Sequence record: SRR22947725_3534
Length of the DNA stretch: 58,029 nt
Direction: 5' to 3' (one strand)
In this document: one piece after another, positions 1 through 8,697 of the stretch
How the letters are laid out: every line of letters starts with the position of its first letter
How positions within the stretch are numbered: position 1 is the stretch's first letter
Made by a program: the position numbers and the translations under genes
Notes under the pieces: generated by a model
Seen by the model: the letters and a program-made list of their open reading frames with translations, nothing else
Told to the model about the DNA's origin: nothing
The model's database searches: none

Positions 1-603
1 CCTCCCCCTAAGCCGCCCCCAGTACCTGCTGCTCCTGCTGCTCTCCCTCCTCCCGTACAGTCTGTCCCATCCAGTCCATCTCTTTCTTCCGCGAAGCAAT
101 CGAACACAGTGTTGACGGATTCCGATCAGTCTGCAGAAAAGGAAGCGGGCGAAGATGAGGTAACTCCGGATAAGCCCAGCATGGAAATTGAAAACATTGC
201 CCCGCATGGAGCACGGGCGATTGCGGGGATTGTGGATAGTGCTATTTTACTATTGGTAGTGGTTATTTTAATTGGTACTGCCGGTGCATTTTCAGATTTC
301 GATAATACACTGTATCTTGCCGGTGTATGTGCTTACTTCTTATTAGGTTGGCTTTATTATGGACTGGGAGAATCTTCTCAAGCGGGCGGATTTATTGGAA
401 AAAGAATAAGCAAAATTAAAGTGGTACGATTGGCGGATGATGAAATTCCAGGATTTGGTGTTTCTTCCTTACGAGCAGTCCTTAAAATTTTGATCTCCCT
501 GACTATTATTTTACCCTTTATTGTATTTTTGACTCCTCGCAGACAGGGTCTGCATGATTTAGCCTGTGGTACGATCGTAAAGAGTGAAGGAGAAGAGAAT
601 TAA
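1..603 (+). CDS. RDD family membrane protein, 5'-partial, with a Pro-rich linker
   Basis: The frame is open from base 1 (PPPKPPPVPAAPAALPPP...), so the gene starts upstream of the window. RDD-like motifs: APHGARAIAGIVD, GKRISKIKVV, RRQGLHDLACGT. Confidence 0.85.
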   Translation, partial: PPPKPPPVPAAPAALPPPVQSVPSSPSLSSAKQSNTVLTDSDQSAEKEAGEDEVTPDKPSMEIENIAPHGARAIAGIVDSAILLLVVVILIGTAGAFSDFDNTLYLAGVCAYFLLGWLYYGLGESSQAGGFIGKRISKIKVVRLADDEIPGFGVSSLRAVLKILISLTIILPFIVFLTPRRQGLHDLACGTIVKSEGEEN

Positions 604-646
604 TTTTCAAAATGCCTTATTTAATCGTGTGAAAGGAAAAAAATAA

Positions 647-1618
647 ATGGACGGAGGAGTAGGATTTGATGAACCTGAGTTAAGTTGGTCGACGCAAGAT
701 ATTGAGAACAAAATTGGATTTAGTGGCGGTAGATATACCGATACAAATGCATTTTTCACTTTTTTAGTGGGGCTCATATTATCAACACTCTTTTTTTTAG
801 TATTGGAGTTTGTGATTGGAGATTCTGGTACTGCCGCCGAGTGGAAAGAACAGAACTCGGAAATGGTAACACTGGAAGATGGTACGCAAGAGGAACAAGT
901 GAGGGACATTCCCTTACATATAGCATTATCTGATAAATTTATAAATCGAGGACTCGGGGGGTATTTAATGGGTGCGGGAATCACCATGCTTTTTTTCTGG
1001 GCTCTTGCGATTCTGTTTGTAAAGGGTAGGAAAGTGAGTTTTCAAAAGAAAATTCTGGCTCTCAATCTGATCCCCCAGGACCCCAACTTTTTTCTTAATA
1101 ATGCGACTGCCCGAGATGCGTTGTTACGAATTCGTGGTCAGGTTGATGACCCGAAGCACTTTTTGCTTTTAAACCGAATTGATGTCGCCTTATCGAATTT
1201 GCAGAACATCGGAGAAATTAGTGAGGTCGCAAGTTTGACCAATGCACAGGCTTCAATTGATGAAGATCAAGTCTCAGCCAGTTACAGTTTAATCAACGGA
1301 TTTAATTGGGCGATTCCAGTTCTCGGCTTTATTGGTACAGTTCTTGGATTGGGGTCTGCGATTGGAGAATTTGGAGTGACCATACAGCTCGCTGACGATG
1401 TTGACAAATTGAAGAATTCATTGACTGATGTGACCGGGGGTCTATCCACTGCGTTTGATACTACCCTACTTGGATTGGTAGGCTCGATTGTTGTGCAAAT
1501 GGTAATGACCTTTCGAAAACGGCAAGAATTTTTACTTTTGGACGAGTGCAACGAGTATTGCCAAACTTATGTTTTAGCAAAACTTAAGCTTGAAAAAACG
1601 GGAAGAACTCGTTCGTAA
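647..1618 (+). CDS. MotA/TolQ/ExbB proton-channel family protein
   Basis: C-terminal WAIPVLGFIGTVLGL...GGLSTAFDTTLLGL helix pair typical of ExbB/TolQ/MotA, plus additional N-terminal TM helices. Confidence 0.9.
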   Translation: MDGGVGFDEPELSWSTQDIENKIGFSGGRYTDTNAFFTFLVGLILSTLFFLVLEFVIGDSGTAAEWKEQNSEMVTLEDGTQEEQVRDIPLHIALSDKFINRGLGGYLMGAGITMLFFWALAILFVKGRKVSFQKKILALNLIPQDPNFFLNNATARDALLRIRGQVDDPKHFLLLNRIDVALSNLQNIGEISEVASLTNAQASIDEDQVSASYSLINGFNWAIPVLGFIGTVLGLGSAIGEFGVTIQLADDVDKLKNSLTDVTGGLSTAFDTTLLGLVGSIVVQMVMTFRKRQEFLLLDECNEYCQTYVLAKLKLEKTGRTRS

Positions 1619-1660
1619 ATCAATTTGATCGTAGCAAGCTTTCACCTACAGTAAGTCAAG

Positions 1661-2707
1661 ATGGGGAGAAGTAGTCGAAATAGCGAGCAGAGGGTTAGTT
1701 TCTTTGCCTTTCAGGATATTATCACTGCTGTGATTGGTATCCTAGTTTTAATCGCTCTTATCCTTGCTCTTCAGGTCAACCCAAAGCGAGAAAATGAAGG
1801 CGATAGTCCGGGTAATAATACTGCTCCTGTTGAATTAATTGTGGGAGCAAATGAGGGGGGAGGGAACGCCACAATTGTGGTGGCAAGTGAGTTTAATGCG
1901 ACTCAAGTAATCGAAGAGATTGCAGCATTGCACCAAGAAATAAGCGAAGAGAAAAAAGAATTTTTAGTCAAAAGAGAGAAGAAGAATAGCGAAATTGAAC
2001 AACTGTCGGAGGAATTGAGAAAGCTTAATTTAGAACTTCAAGTTTTTAAAAAAAAGCTTGGGATTGAAGATTCAAATGATTCGAAAGAAACAAAAGATAA
2101 GATTGAAAGTTTAGAATTACTTATGGACCTGGCAAAGGTTCAAAAAAATGAACTAAATGAGGAGAAGAAGGGACTGGAAGATAAAATTAATGCCCGTGTA
2201 TTACGGTCTTTAAAAAACCTCTCCGAACTTGAATTACAGGAGCTTGATTCCAACCTTAATTCACAGGTCGAGCAGTTAGAATCACAAGTTGAAAATGAAG
2301 TCCGGGTAATTCCTAAAGAAAATAACCAGGGAGAAAAGCCGGTCCTGGTAATTCTAGGATCATCCGAATTTACAATAGGAATTTTTAATGGGGGGCAAAG
2401 AACGATACCAGTGAACTCGGCCAACTATTATCAAAAACTTGGTGGAGCCCTGACTTCCTATGATAAGAATAAAAATTTCTTTGTTTATTTCTTTCGTCCT
2501 TCGGCATGTCAGTTAACCATTACCAATGTACCAGGTAGAAATGGGACGATTGAAAAGAATTTATTTGATTTACTATGTGACCCTAAAAATAACCTGACCC
2601 GTATGCTCGGGTACAAATACGGATTCGAGCCAATCCATGAAGAGGCAGCTGTCTTGTTTACTGACAAGATTGCTGATCCATTTGTTGAGTTTTTTCCTAA
2701 TCCATGA
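1661..2707 (+). CDS. Single-pass membrane protein with an ExbD/MotB-like Asp-containing TM and a long coiled coil
   Basis: N-terminal SFFAFQDIITAVIGILVLIALILAL, an E/K/L-rich heptad region and a globular C-terminus; lies directly after the ExbB-like gene. Confidence 0.7.
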   Translation: MGRSSRNSEQRVSFFAFQDIITAVIGILVLIALILALQVNPKRENEGDSPGNNTAPVELIVGANEGGGNATIVVASEFNATQVIEEIAALHQEISEEKKEFLVKREKKNSEIEQLSEELRKLNLELQVFKKKLGIEDSNDSKETKDKIESLELLMDLAKVQKNELNEEKKGLEDKINARVLRSLKNLSELELQELDSNLNSQVEQLESQVENEVRVIPKENNQGEKPVLVILGSSEFTIGIFNGGQRTIPVNSANYYQKLGGALTSYDKNKNFFVYFFRPSACQLTITNVPGRNGTIEKNLFDLLCDPKNNLTRMLGYKYGFEPIHEEAAVLFTDKIADPFVEFFPNP

Positions 2708-2747
2708 ACTTTCAGAACTCACCAATTTTTAATTTGATGTTCAACTA

Positions 2748-3662
2748 ATGGCACGCGAAGAAGAAGAGGGTGGAAGCTTGGATATGTTGCTCGATACTTT
2801 GTGCAATACATTTGGAGGGATTATTTTAATTGCTCTCTTACTTGCTCTCAGTGTGAACAAAAAAAGCGTCGAATTGTACGATAAATTAGTTCAGACCGAT
2901 GACAATCAATCTGAACTTATCAGGGAACGTGAGCAGTTACAAAATTCATTACTCGACCTCACCACTAAAAACATTGAGATTTTAGAAGACTTGGAAGATG
3001 ATTCTTATTCCAAAAGAGAGGAAATTGAAGAGATAAAGGATAATTTAGACGATTTAAATAGCGATTCTTTCGCCCTTGAAAAATTAATGCAGCGTGAACA
3101 AGTAAAACTTGATGAACTCGAGGATAGCGAAGTAACAATTGAAAAAGAACGTTTAAGTATGGAGGAAGAATTAAGTCGTTTGGAAACGATTCTTGCCCAC
3201 CAGGAATTAAGTAAAGAGTTGAAAAAAAAGCCCTATCGTAAGGTCAGCCTTCCTCAACAAAAAGACACGCGTAAAAAGCCACTCCCTGTTATTGTGGCAC
3301 ATGGTAAAATGTATCCGATGATTTCTCTGGGGATCGGTTCGGTTGAAAAGAATGAAGATGGATTGGTATGGAATCAAACTCCCGACAAGCGATTCCAGGT
3401 AAAAGTCGATCCAAGCAGGGGAGTCGATCCGATGAATGATGATGCATTGGATTTGTTTCTCTCCTCGGTTGGAGATGCCCCCCGTTTAGTTCGTCAAAAT
3501 TTCTTTTTGAACCTCTTTGTATTTTCCGATTCAGAAAATTTTGCGATTTTTAATAAAATTCGAGACGAAGCAGTTTTAAGAAAATTAGATTATAATTGGA
3601 TTCCCATTGCTGAACTTCCCCTCGTTCTGCGCTCGGACAATGTTCCTTGGAAAGTGCAATGA
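2748..3662 (+). CDS. Second ExbD/MotB-like single-pass coiled-coil protein (probable paralog of the previous gene)
   Basis: N-terminal SLDMLLDTLCNTFGGIILIALLLAL and a coiled coil; the C-terminus parallels the previous gene (KKPLPVIV vs EKPVLVIL; YNWIPI vs YGFEPI). Confidence 0.7.
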   Translation: MAREEEEGGSLDMLLDTLCNTFGGIILIALLLALSVNKKSVELYDKLVQTDDNQSELIREREQLQNSLLDLTTKNIEILEDLEDDSYSKREEIEEIKDNLDDLNSDSFALEKLMQREQVKLDELEDSEVTIEKERLSMEEELSRLETILAHQELSKELKKKPYRKVSLPQQKDTRKKPLPVIVAHGKMYPMISLGIGSVEKNEDGLVWNQTPDKRFQVKVDPSRGVDPMNDDALDLFLSSVGDAPRLVRQNFFLNLFVFSDSENFAIFNKIRDEAVLRKLDYNWIPIAELPLVLRSDNVPWKVQ

Positions 3663-3923
3663 ACAGAATGTTTTTCTTCAATTTGGCCGGGTAAGAATCA
3701 CGAAATTTTTGGTAAGAAATCAAATTTTAGAGTAATTCCGATTATTTGTCCAAATTTGGTTACTACTGGCAGAACTATTAAAATGGATTTACTCTTACCA
3801 GTTCAGTTTCCGAACGATCTTATTCGGTCCGCATTACTATTTCTTTTTCGTAATGTTTAAAATGACTCAAATGACTGCTCTTTTACCTTGCCTAAGCTAC
3901 CAACTGCTCGAATTATAATCTTT

Positions 3924-4178
3924 ATGTCGAAAGAACTTCTTATTTCTCTTATTTTGGGCACATTTTTACTGGGTTGTGTCCTTTTGGGTTTGGTTCAGAC
4001 GAGTTTACTTTCCAGCCCGTTTTTTCTGCTATTTGGCTTCGCAATTATACTCGGTCAAATCGTTATGGCTCACTTAGCATTTAATCAGTATAAAAACCTT
4101 TCAGTACAAACCACTAAAGAAAGTACCAAAAATGAAGAAGGAAGAGAAGAACGAGGAAGCGACGGATTCGACGATTGA
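3924..4178 (+). CDS. Two-TM ORF, probably the true N-terminus of the 4132-6687 protein separated by a frameshift
   Basis: MSKELLISLILG...MAHLAF resembles the N-terminus of 6766-8661 (MSTKTILSLVLS...LCHLAF) and overlaps the next ORF by 47 nt in another frame. Confidence 0.6.
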   Translation: MSKELLISLILGTFLLGCVLLGLVQTSLLSSPFFLLFGFAIILGQIVMAHLAFNQYKNLSVQTTKESTKNEEGREERGSDGFDD

Positions 4179-6687
4179 AGAGACTGCGGTAGACGAGTCG
4201 CAGTCTGAAGAACGGGAACTCAATCCAAAGCATCGAACCGTTGCATTATCCAGCTTAGCGGCAGGTTATGCTTTGGCATTAGGTTTTGGAGCCCTTCTCT
4301 ATTGGGGATCCCAACAAGACCCACAGGTCGTAGTAAACGAAACTATTACCGAAGAGGGCGAAGTCGTTGGTGCTTCTGAGGGAGCAGAGATAGAATCTTC
4401 TGTCATTACCTTAACGGGAGGCACTAGCATACCTTGGCCGATCGGCAAACTTTGGGTAGACCCTGGGTACACGGCGATTGATGGAGATGAAGATCTAACC
4501 GCATTTGTCGAAACAGTCTCTTTCGTTGATGTTTCTACTCCTGGGCAATACAAAGTTATTTACACTGTCAAAGATCCTAAGTCTGGAGAGGTATCAGATT
4601 CAGTGGAGCGATTTGTTACGGTTAACGCAGGTGGCTTTATTGCTGGTGCAAATGTCGCTTATAATGACCGACTTGATGGTGTGATATTGGATGATAAAAG
4701 AATAACCGCTGTGATTGGTGACGACGATGATGATATCGTTTATGTGGACAACGATGATCGCCATCTCCGACTCGCAGGGAATGACTTAGGTAACGGAAGG
4801 GTAGTCGGAGGAAATGGTGGGAACGGTCGAATACATGGTGGCCGAAATCGCACTGTGATTGAAGACGATGTTGATGTCGGCTTGCTAGATCGTAGATTAG
4901 CTAGATTAGACGACAATGAACTTATTATCATCGATGATAATGACGATGACTTAGTGGCCCGATTGGATCGACAGGATATCGGATTGGACCGGGGCGGAAA
5001 TGATCGGGTTGATGTGGGAAATTTTGTTCCCGATGCTCGCCGCGGAAATTTTAATGATGAAGAACTGGGTGCCGTGGGAGAATTTGATAAAGATGGTGCC
5101 GGTTTTGGAAAGGGCTCGATGCCTGGAGTAGGGAAAGGGTCTGAGGTTTTTGCATACAACTTTCCTTCACAGGGTGTAGGGGCAGGAATTGGAAGTCCAG
5201 CCGTGGGAGCTGCAGCTGGATTTGCTGGGCTTGGAGCAGGAATTGGGCAGGCGGTAATGAATGGTGAAGCAGTTCCCGCATTGGGAGGAATCGGAACCTA
5301 CACGCCCGCTGCACCCAGTCAACCGGAAGGTCCTGATTCAGATAACGATGGAATTTCGGATGCAATGGAATCTACTTTTCGGACGAACCCTCAATCCAAT
5401 GATACGGATAAGGATGGGGTAAGTGATGCGGACGAGGTCAAGGGAATGTCCAATCCGCGTGATCCCCGTAGTAAACCGGGCACACCTGCTCCCGGTGCTG
5501 ACAGTGATCAGGACGGAGTCCCCGCCTCACTGGAAGCTCTTTACGGTCTGGACCCATCCAATTCGGACAGTGACGGCGATGGATTTACTGACGGAGAGGA
5601 AATCTCTGCGATGACTAGTCCCACAAACCCGGCCAGCAACCCTGGTGAAATGGGGGGGCCAGCTCTTGCAGTTGCACCCGGAGTCGCGGGTGGAGTGGCC
5701 GGATTGGTCGGAGGTGCCGGAGCCGGTGCAGCAGCCGGTCTGGTTTCAGGTAGGGTCACTCATCCTCTCGGATTGGGAGTGGCAGATGTCGGGGTCGGGG
5801 TTGGAATCGGTATTAACGATGGCGACGGAGTTGGACGCGACGATTGGGATTACGATCACCTTCCCAAAGATGGAAATCTTTACATTATGATGCATGTGGA
5901 TGGAAGTGGCTCAATTCTAAGCACAAGAAAGGCGTTGGACGAGATGAAAGATACTCTTCTTAAAAATGCCTTACTTCCTTATTACAAGAACGACGAAGAT
6001 CTTTACAATCGCCGGGTACTCGTGGTGGATGGTGAAGGAGAACGCACACTTAAATTCTTTGCAGATGCGGCAAAGAAAGAAAATGTGTTAGCACTTGTCT
6101 TCCAAGATGAAGCCCAACCCGCATATCACCTTCCCAATTTCAATCGTAAACCAGAAGATCACTACATGGACGATTTGAATGATCTTAAAAAAGGATTAAA
6201 CGGATACGGTGGACTGTACCGTGGAATCATGTTCCAAGTCGACCGAGGGAAGACTTTTGCCAAATCATTTAAGGAATTTGTGGAAAACGCCTGGCGTGGA
6301 GATGGTTATCTTTCCGGTGCAGGTGAAAACTTGAAGCCGTACTACTGGCAGGAAAATGGTGACAATATTCGCAACCGTGATGGGATTGTATTCAGTGACG
6401 AATATCATGTAAATTCGGAAGGTGATCCCGCTTATTACATGAATTTGATCATGGAAGCATCCCGTAAAATTGGTTTGGATCTTGGGAAATACGGCGGAGG
6501 ACAGGAAGATGGTCGCTATAATGCAAAACTAAGCGGTAATTCTTCCAGCACTTCTTCTTTGAACGAAATGTGTCCCATCAAAAAGGATCGCAAGGCAAAC
6601 CCATCAATAACTGCGAAGAGTGCTAATGGTAAGACAGTCGCGTTTTGCTGCAAGGGTTGTAAAAATAAATATGCATCGGCTGATTGA
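4132..6687 (+). CDS. Membrane-anchored multidomain protein: Ig-like DUF5011/HYR domain, Asp-rich region, 4 bacterial TSP3-like Ca-binding repeats, vWA-like domain, C-terminal YHS/TRASH-like Cys motif
   Basis: Ig-like VITLTG...WVDPGYTAID...VDVSTPGQYKVIYTVKD; repeats DSDNDGISD/DTDKDGVSD/DSDQDG/DSDGDGFTD; MIDAS-like IMMHVDGSGS; terminal NEMCPI...VAFCCKGC. Confidence 0.75.
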   Translation: MKKEEKNEEATDSTIEETAVDESQSEERELNPKHRTVALSSLAAGYALALGFGALLYWGSQQDPQVVVNETITEEGEVVGASEGAEIESSVITLTGGTSIPWPIGKLWVDPGYTAIDGDEDLTAFVETVSFVDVSTPGQYKVIYTVKDPKSGEVSDSVERFVTVNAGGFIAGANVAYNDRLDGVILDDKRITAVIGDDDDDIVYVDNDDRHLRLAGNDLGNGRVVGGNGGNGRIHGGRNRTVIEDDVDVGLLDRRLARLDDNELIIIDDNDDDLVARLDRQDIGLDRGGNDRVDVGNFVPDARRGNFNDEELGAVGEFDKDGAGFGKGSMPGVGKGSEVFAYNFPSQGVGAGIGSPAVGAAAGFAGLGAGIGQAVMNGEAVPALGGIGTYTPAAPSQPEGPDSDNDGISDAMESTFRTNPQSNDTDKDGVSDADEVKGMSNPRDPRSKPGTPAPGADSDQDGVPASLEALYGLDPSNSDSDGDGFTDGEEISAMTSPTNPASNPGEMGGPALAVAPGVAGGVAGLVGGAGAGAAAGLVSGRVTHPLGLGVADVGVGVGIGINDGDGVGRDDWDYDHLPKDGNLYIMMHVDGSGSILSTRKALDEMKDTLLKNALLPYYKNDEDLYNRRVLVVDGEGERTLKFFADAAKKENVLALVFQDEAQPAYHLPNFNRKPEDHYMDDLNDLKKGLNGYGGLYRGIMFQVDRGKTFAKSFKEFVENAWRGDGYLSGAGENLKPYYWQENGDNIRNRDGIVFSDEYHVNSEGDPAYYMNLIMEASRKIGLDLGKYGGGQEDGRYNAKLSGNSSSTSSLNEMCPIKKDRKANPSITAKSANGKTVAFCCKGCKNKYASAD
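5335..5640 (+). repeat. Four TSP3-like DxDxDG repeats within the CDS
   Basis: D[ST]DxDG..D..E.....[ND]P pattern occurs 4 times, arranged in two pairs. Confidence 0.75.
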
Positions 6688-6703
6688 TCTTCACAATCTC
6701 TGA

Positions 6704-6760
6704 GCTCTCCTTTTTACTTCTCCTATAAAAAGGGAGCATACATTTTTTACTAGGAGAAGT
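6704..6760 (+). promoter_or_regulatory. Hairpin with U-tract whose loop is complementary to the downstream Shine-Dalgarno sequence
   Basis: GCTC(T)CCTTTTT pairs with AAAAAGGGAGC. ACTTCTCCTA (6716-6725) is the exact reverse complement of TAGGAGAAGT (6751-6760). A T6 run lies at 6743-6748. Confidence 0.5.
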
Positions 6761-6765
6761 TTGGT

Positions 6766-8661
6766 ATGAGTACCAAGACCATACTTTCTCTTGTTCTTTC
6801 TTCGACCCTTGGGTTGGCGTTAATCGGCAATCTCATTGCCGGGAACTTGATTCTCTCTTCTGTTCTAGTCTTCACTGGTCTTGGTACCGGGATTCTGTGC
6901 CATCTTGCTTTTTTTGAGGAGAAGAAAAAAAAACCTCAGGGTACTGGCCCGATTCCCTGGCTCAACTTAGGAATGTCCTATTGTTTACTTCTTTTCAGTT
7001 TGGGAGCTTTTCTTTTTCTTCTGATTTCTCCTTCTGAGTCTCGCCAGACAACTATCGCCAAAGCGGGTCAAGTGGCAGGAAACGAAACGGAGGGTTCCAC
7101 CGTTCCCCAAAGTGAGCGTACGGATGTGGAATCCGGCGGTGAACGTGCCCGTTTAGGCAGCAGTGGACGAGGGGAGGGTTTGGACGCACTTGGAGGTGCG
7201 AACGAGGACAATCAAAATGCCATGCGTGAAGCACAGGTTTTTAATCCGGCAATTGCAGGAGCAGATGACGGTGTTTCTGACCAGACCAAAATATCTTCTC
7301 AAAATATGGAGGAGAACATAGAACCGGGTGAGTTCGATCAAGGATTGGTCGACTCAAAAGATTTACTTCTCTCCCGGATTGGAATGGATGAAGAGAATAA
7401 AGATATTGGTGATCCTAATGCTTTGATTTTCGAAGAAAATGAAGATGATGCCCTTGCATTTGATTCGACAGTATTTAACGGGGCGGAAGACCCCAATGAA
7501 ATTATTTCCAAAGCGAAAGGAGACAAAATAACTAATCTACGGGCTGCGGTAAACTCACTGGGAGTTTCCGTACCGAAGTCAATGAGCGGGCGATGCGACA
7601 AAGTGGGTCGGGTGGCAAGACTTGCCCGGGGAGGAGTGAAGAATCCGGATCGGGTTGAAACTTCTGTGATTAAGGCACTGAACTGGTTGAATCAGGATCA
7701 AAATGCAGACGGGTCTTGGGGGAATAATGCGAAAGGAGCGATGACTGGATTTGCCCTTCTTTGTTATTTGGGACATTGTGAACTGACTGACTCTCCCGAA
7801 TATGGGGAGGCGGTAGCGAAGGGGATTAAGTATCTGGTTGAACTTGGTGATGAAAAGGATGGCTGGCTTTACATTACCAACAATAAACACGGATCCGCCT
7901 ACGCGCATGGCATTGCAACCTACGCCCTTGCGGAAGCTTATGGCATGACTGAGAAGGATTTCATACTCCCGATCTTGCAAAAAGCAATCCATCGAATTGT
8001 CGCCGGACAAAAACAGGATGGCGGATGGGTCTACATGGAAGAAAGGCCCGGTGTGGATAATCTACGATTCGTAGATTTTGGAAAAAATGAAAAACAATCG
8101 AGCGATACATCCGTGAGTGGTTGGCAATTCCAGGCCTTAAAGGCGGCGTATAATACGGGAGCAATTTTCCCTGGTATTGAACCTGCATTGGAAGCTTCGG
8201 TCAAAAATTTTTATCGGGTCTATTCCTCTGAAAATGGAGGGTTTGGGTATCGTAAGGCATCCGATGCAAAGAGTATAAAACACAAGCTAACCGGAGTGGG
8301 TTCGCTTGGTCTTCAATCATGGAAGCATGGGCATCCTTCCGAAGAGGAAAAGAGGGCAACTTTAAAAAAGGCAATGGAACATATCTTGAAGAATAACTTG
8401 GCAATGGATTATACAAGTGCGGATGCAAATTTATATTCCTGGTATTATGATGCCCAGGCCCTTTTTAATTATGGGGGAGCCTATTGGACTGCCTGGAATC
8501 GAAAGATGGAACCCATGTTGCTCAATTCTCAACTCGCAGACGGAAGTTGGCCTAAAGAGGGTGGGGGAAAGACTTCAAGTCAGGGTGGACAGGATGCAGA
8601 AGTCTATCGTACTACTCTTTGCACCTTGATGCTCGAAGTTTATTATCGTTACGTCTATTGA
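6766..8661 (+). CDS. Membrane-anchored prenyltransferase/squalene-cyclase (alpha-alpha toroid) repeat protein
   Basis: QW-like repeats ALNWLNQDQNADGSW, GQKQDGGW, SQLADGSW; DTSVSGWQ; C-terminal CTLMLEVYYRY typical of PVC prenyltransferase-repeat proteins; three N-terminal TMs. Confidence 0.85.
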   Translation: MSTKTILSLVLSSTLGLALIGNLIAGNLILSSVLVFTGLGTGILCHLAFFEEKKKKPQGTGPIPWLNLGMSYCLLLFSLGAFLFLLISPSESRQTTIAKAGQVAGNETEGSTVPQSERTDVESGGERARLGSSGRGEGLDALGGANEDNQNAMREAQVFNPAIAGADDGVSDQTKISSQNMEENIEPGEFDQGLVDSKDLLLSRIGMDEENKDIGDPNALIFEENEDDALAFDSTVFNGAEDPNEIISKAKGDKITNLRAAVNSLGVSVPKSMSGRCDKVGRVARLARGGVKNPDRVETSVIKALNWLNQDQNADGSWGNNAKGAMTGFALLCYLGHCELTDSPEYGEAVAKGIKYLVELGDEKDGWLYITNNKHGSAYAHGIATYALAEAYGMTEKDFILPILQKAIHRIVAGQKQDGGWVYMEERPGVDNLRFVDFGKNEKQSSDTSVSGWQFQALKAAYNTGAIFPGIEPALEASVKNFYRVYSSENGGFGYRKASDAKSIKHKLTGVGSLGLQSWKHGHPSEEEKRATLKKAMEHILKNNLAMDYTSADANLYSWYYDAQALFNYGGAYWTAWNRKMEPMLLNSQLADGSWPKEGGGKTSSQGGQDAEVYRTTLCTLMLEVYYRYVY

Positions 8662-8697
8662 CGATTTTTAATTTTTTTCTAGTATGAAACTAGGCTT

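Noticed and set aside
647-3662. Zorya (ZorAB) defence system
   Set aside because: No long ZorA cytoplasmic tail, no OmpA-like domain in the partners, and no ZorC/D/E genes.
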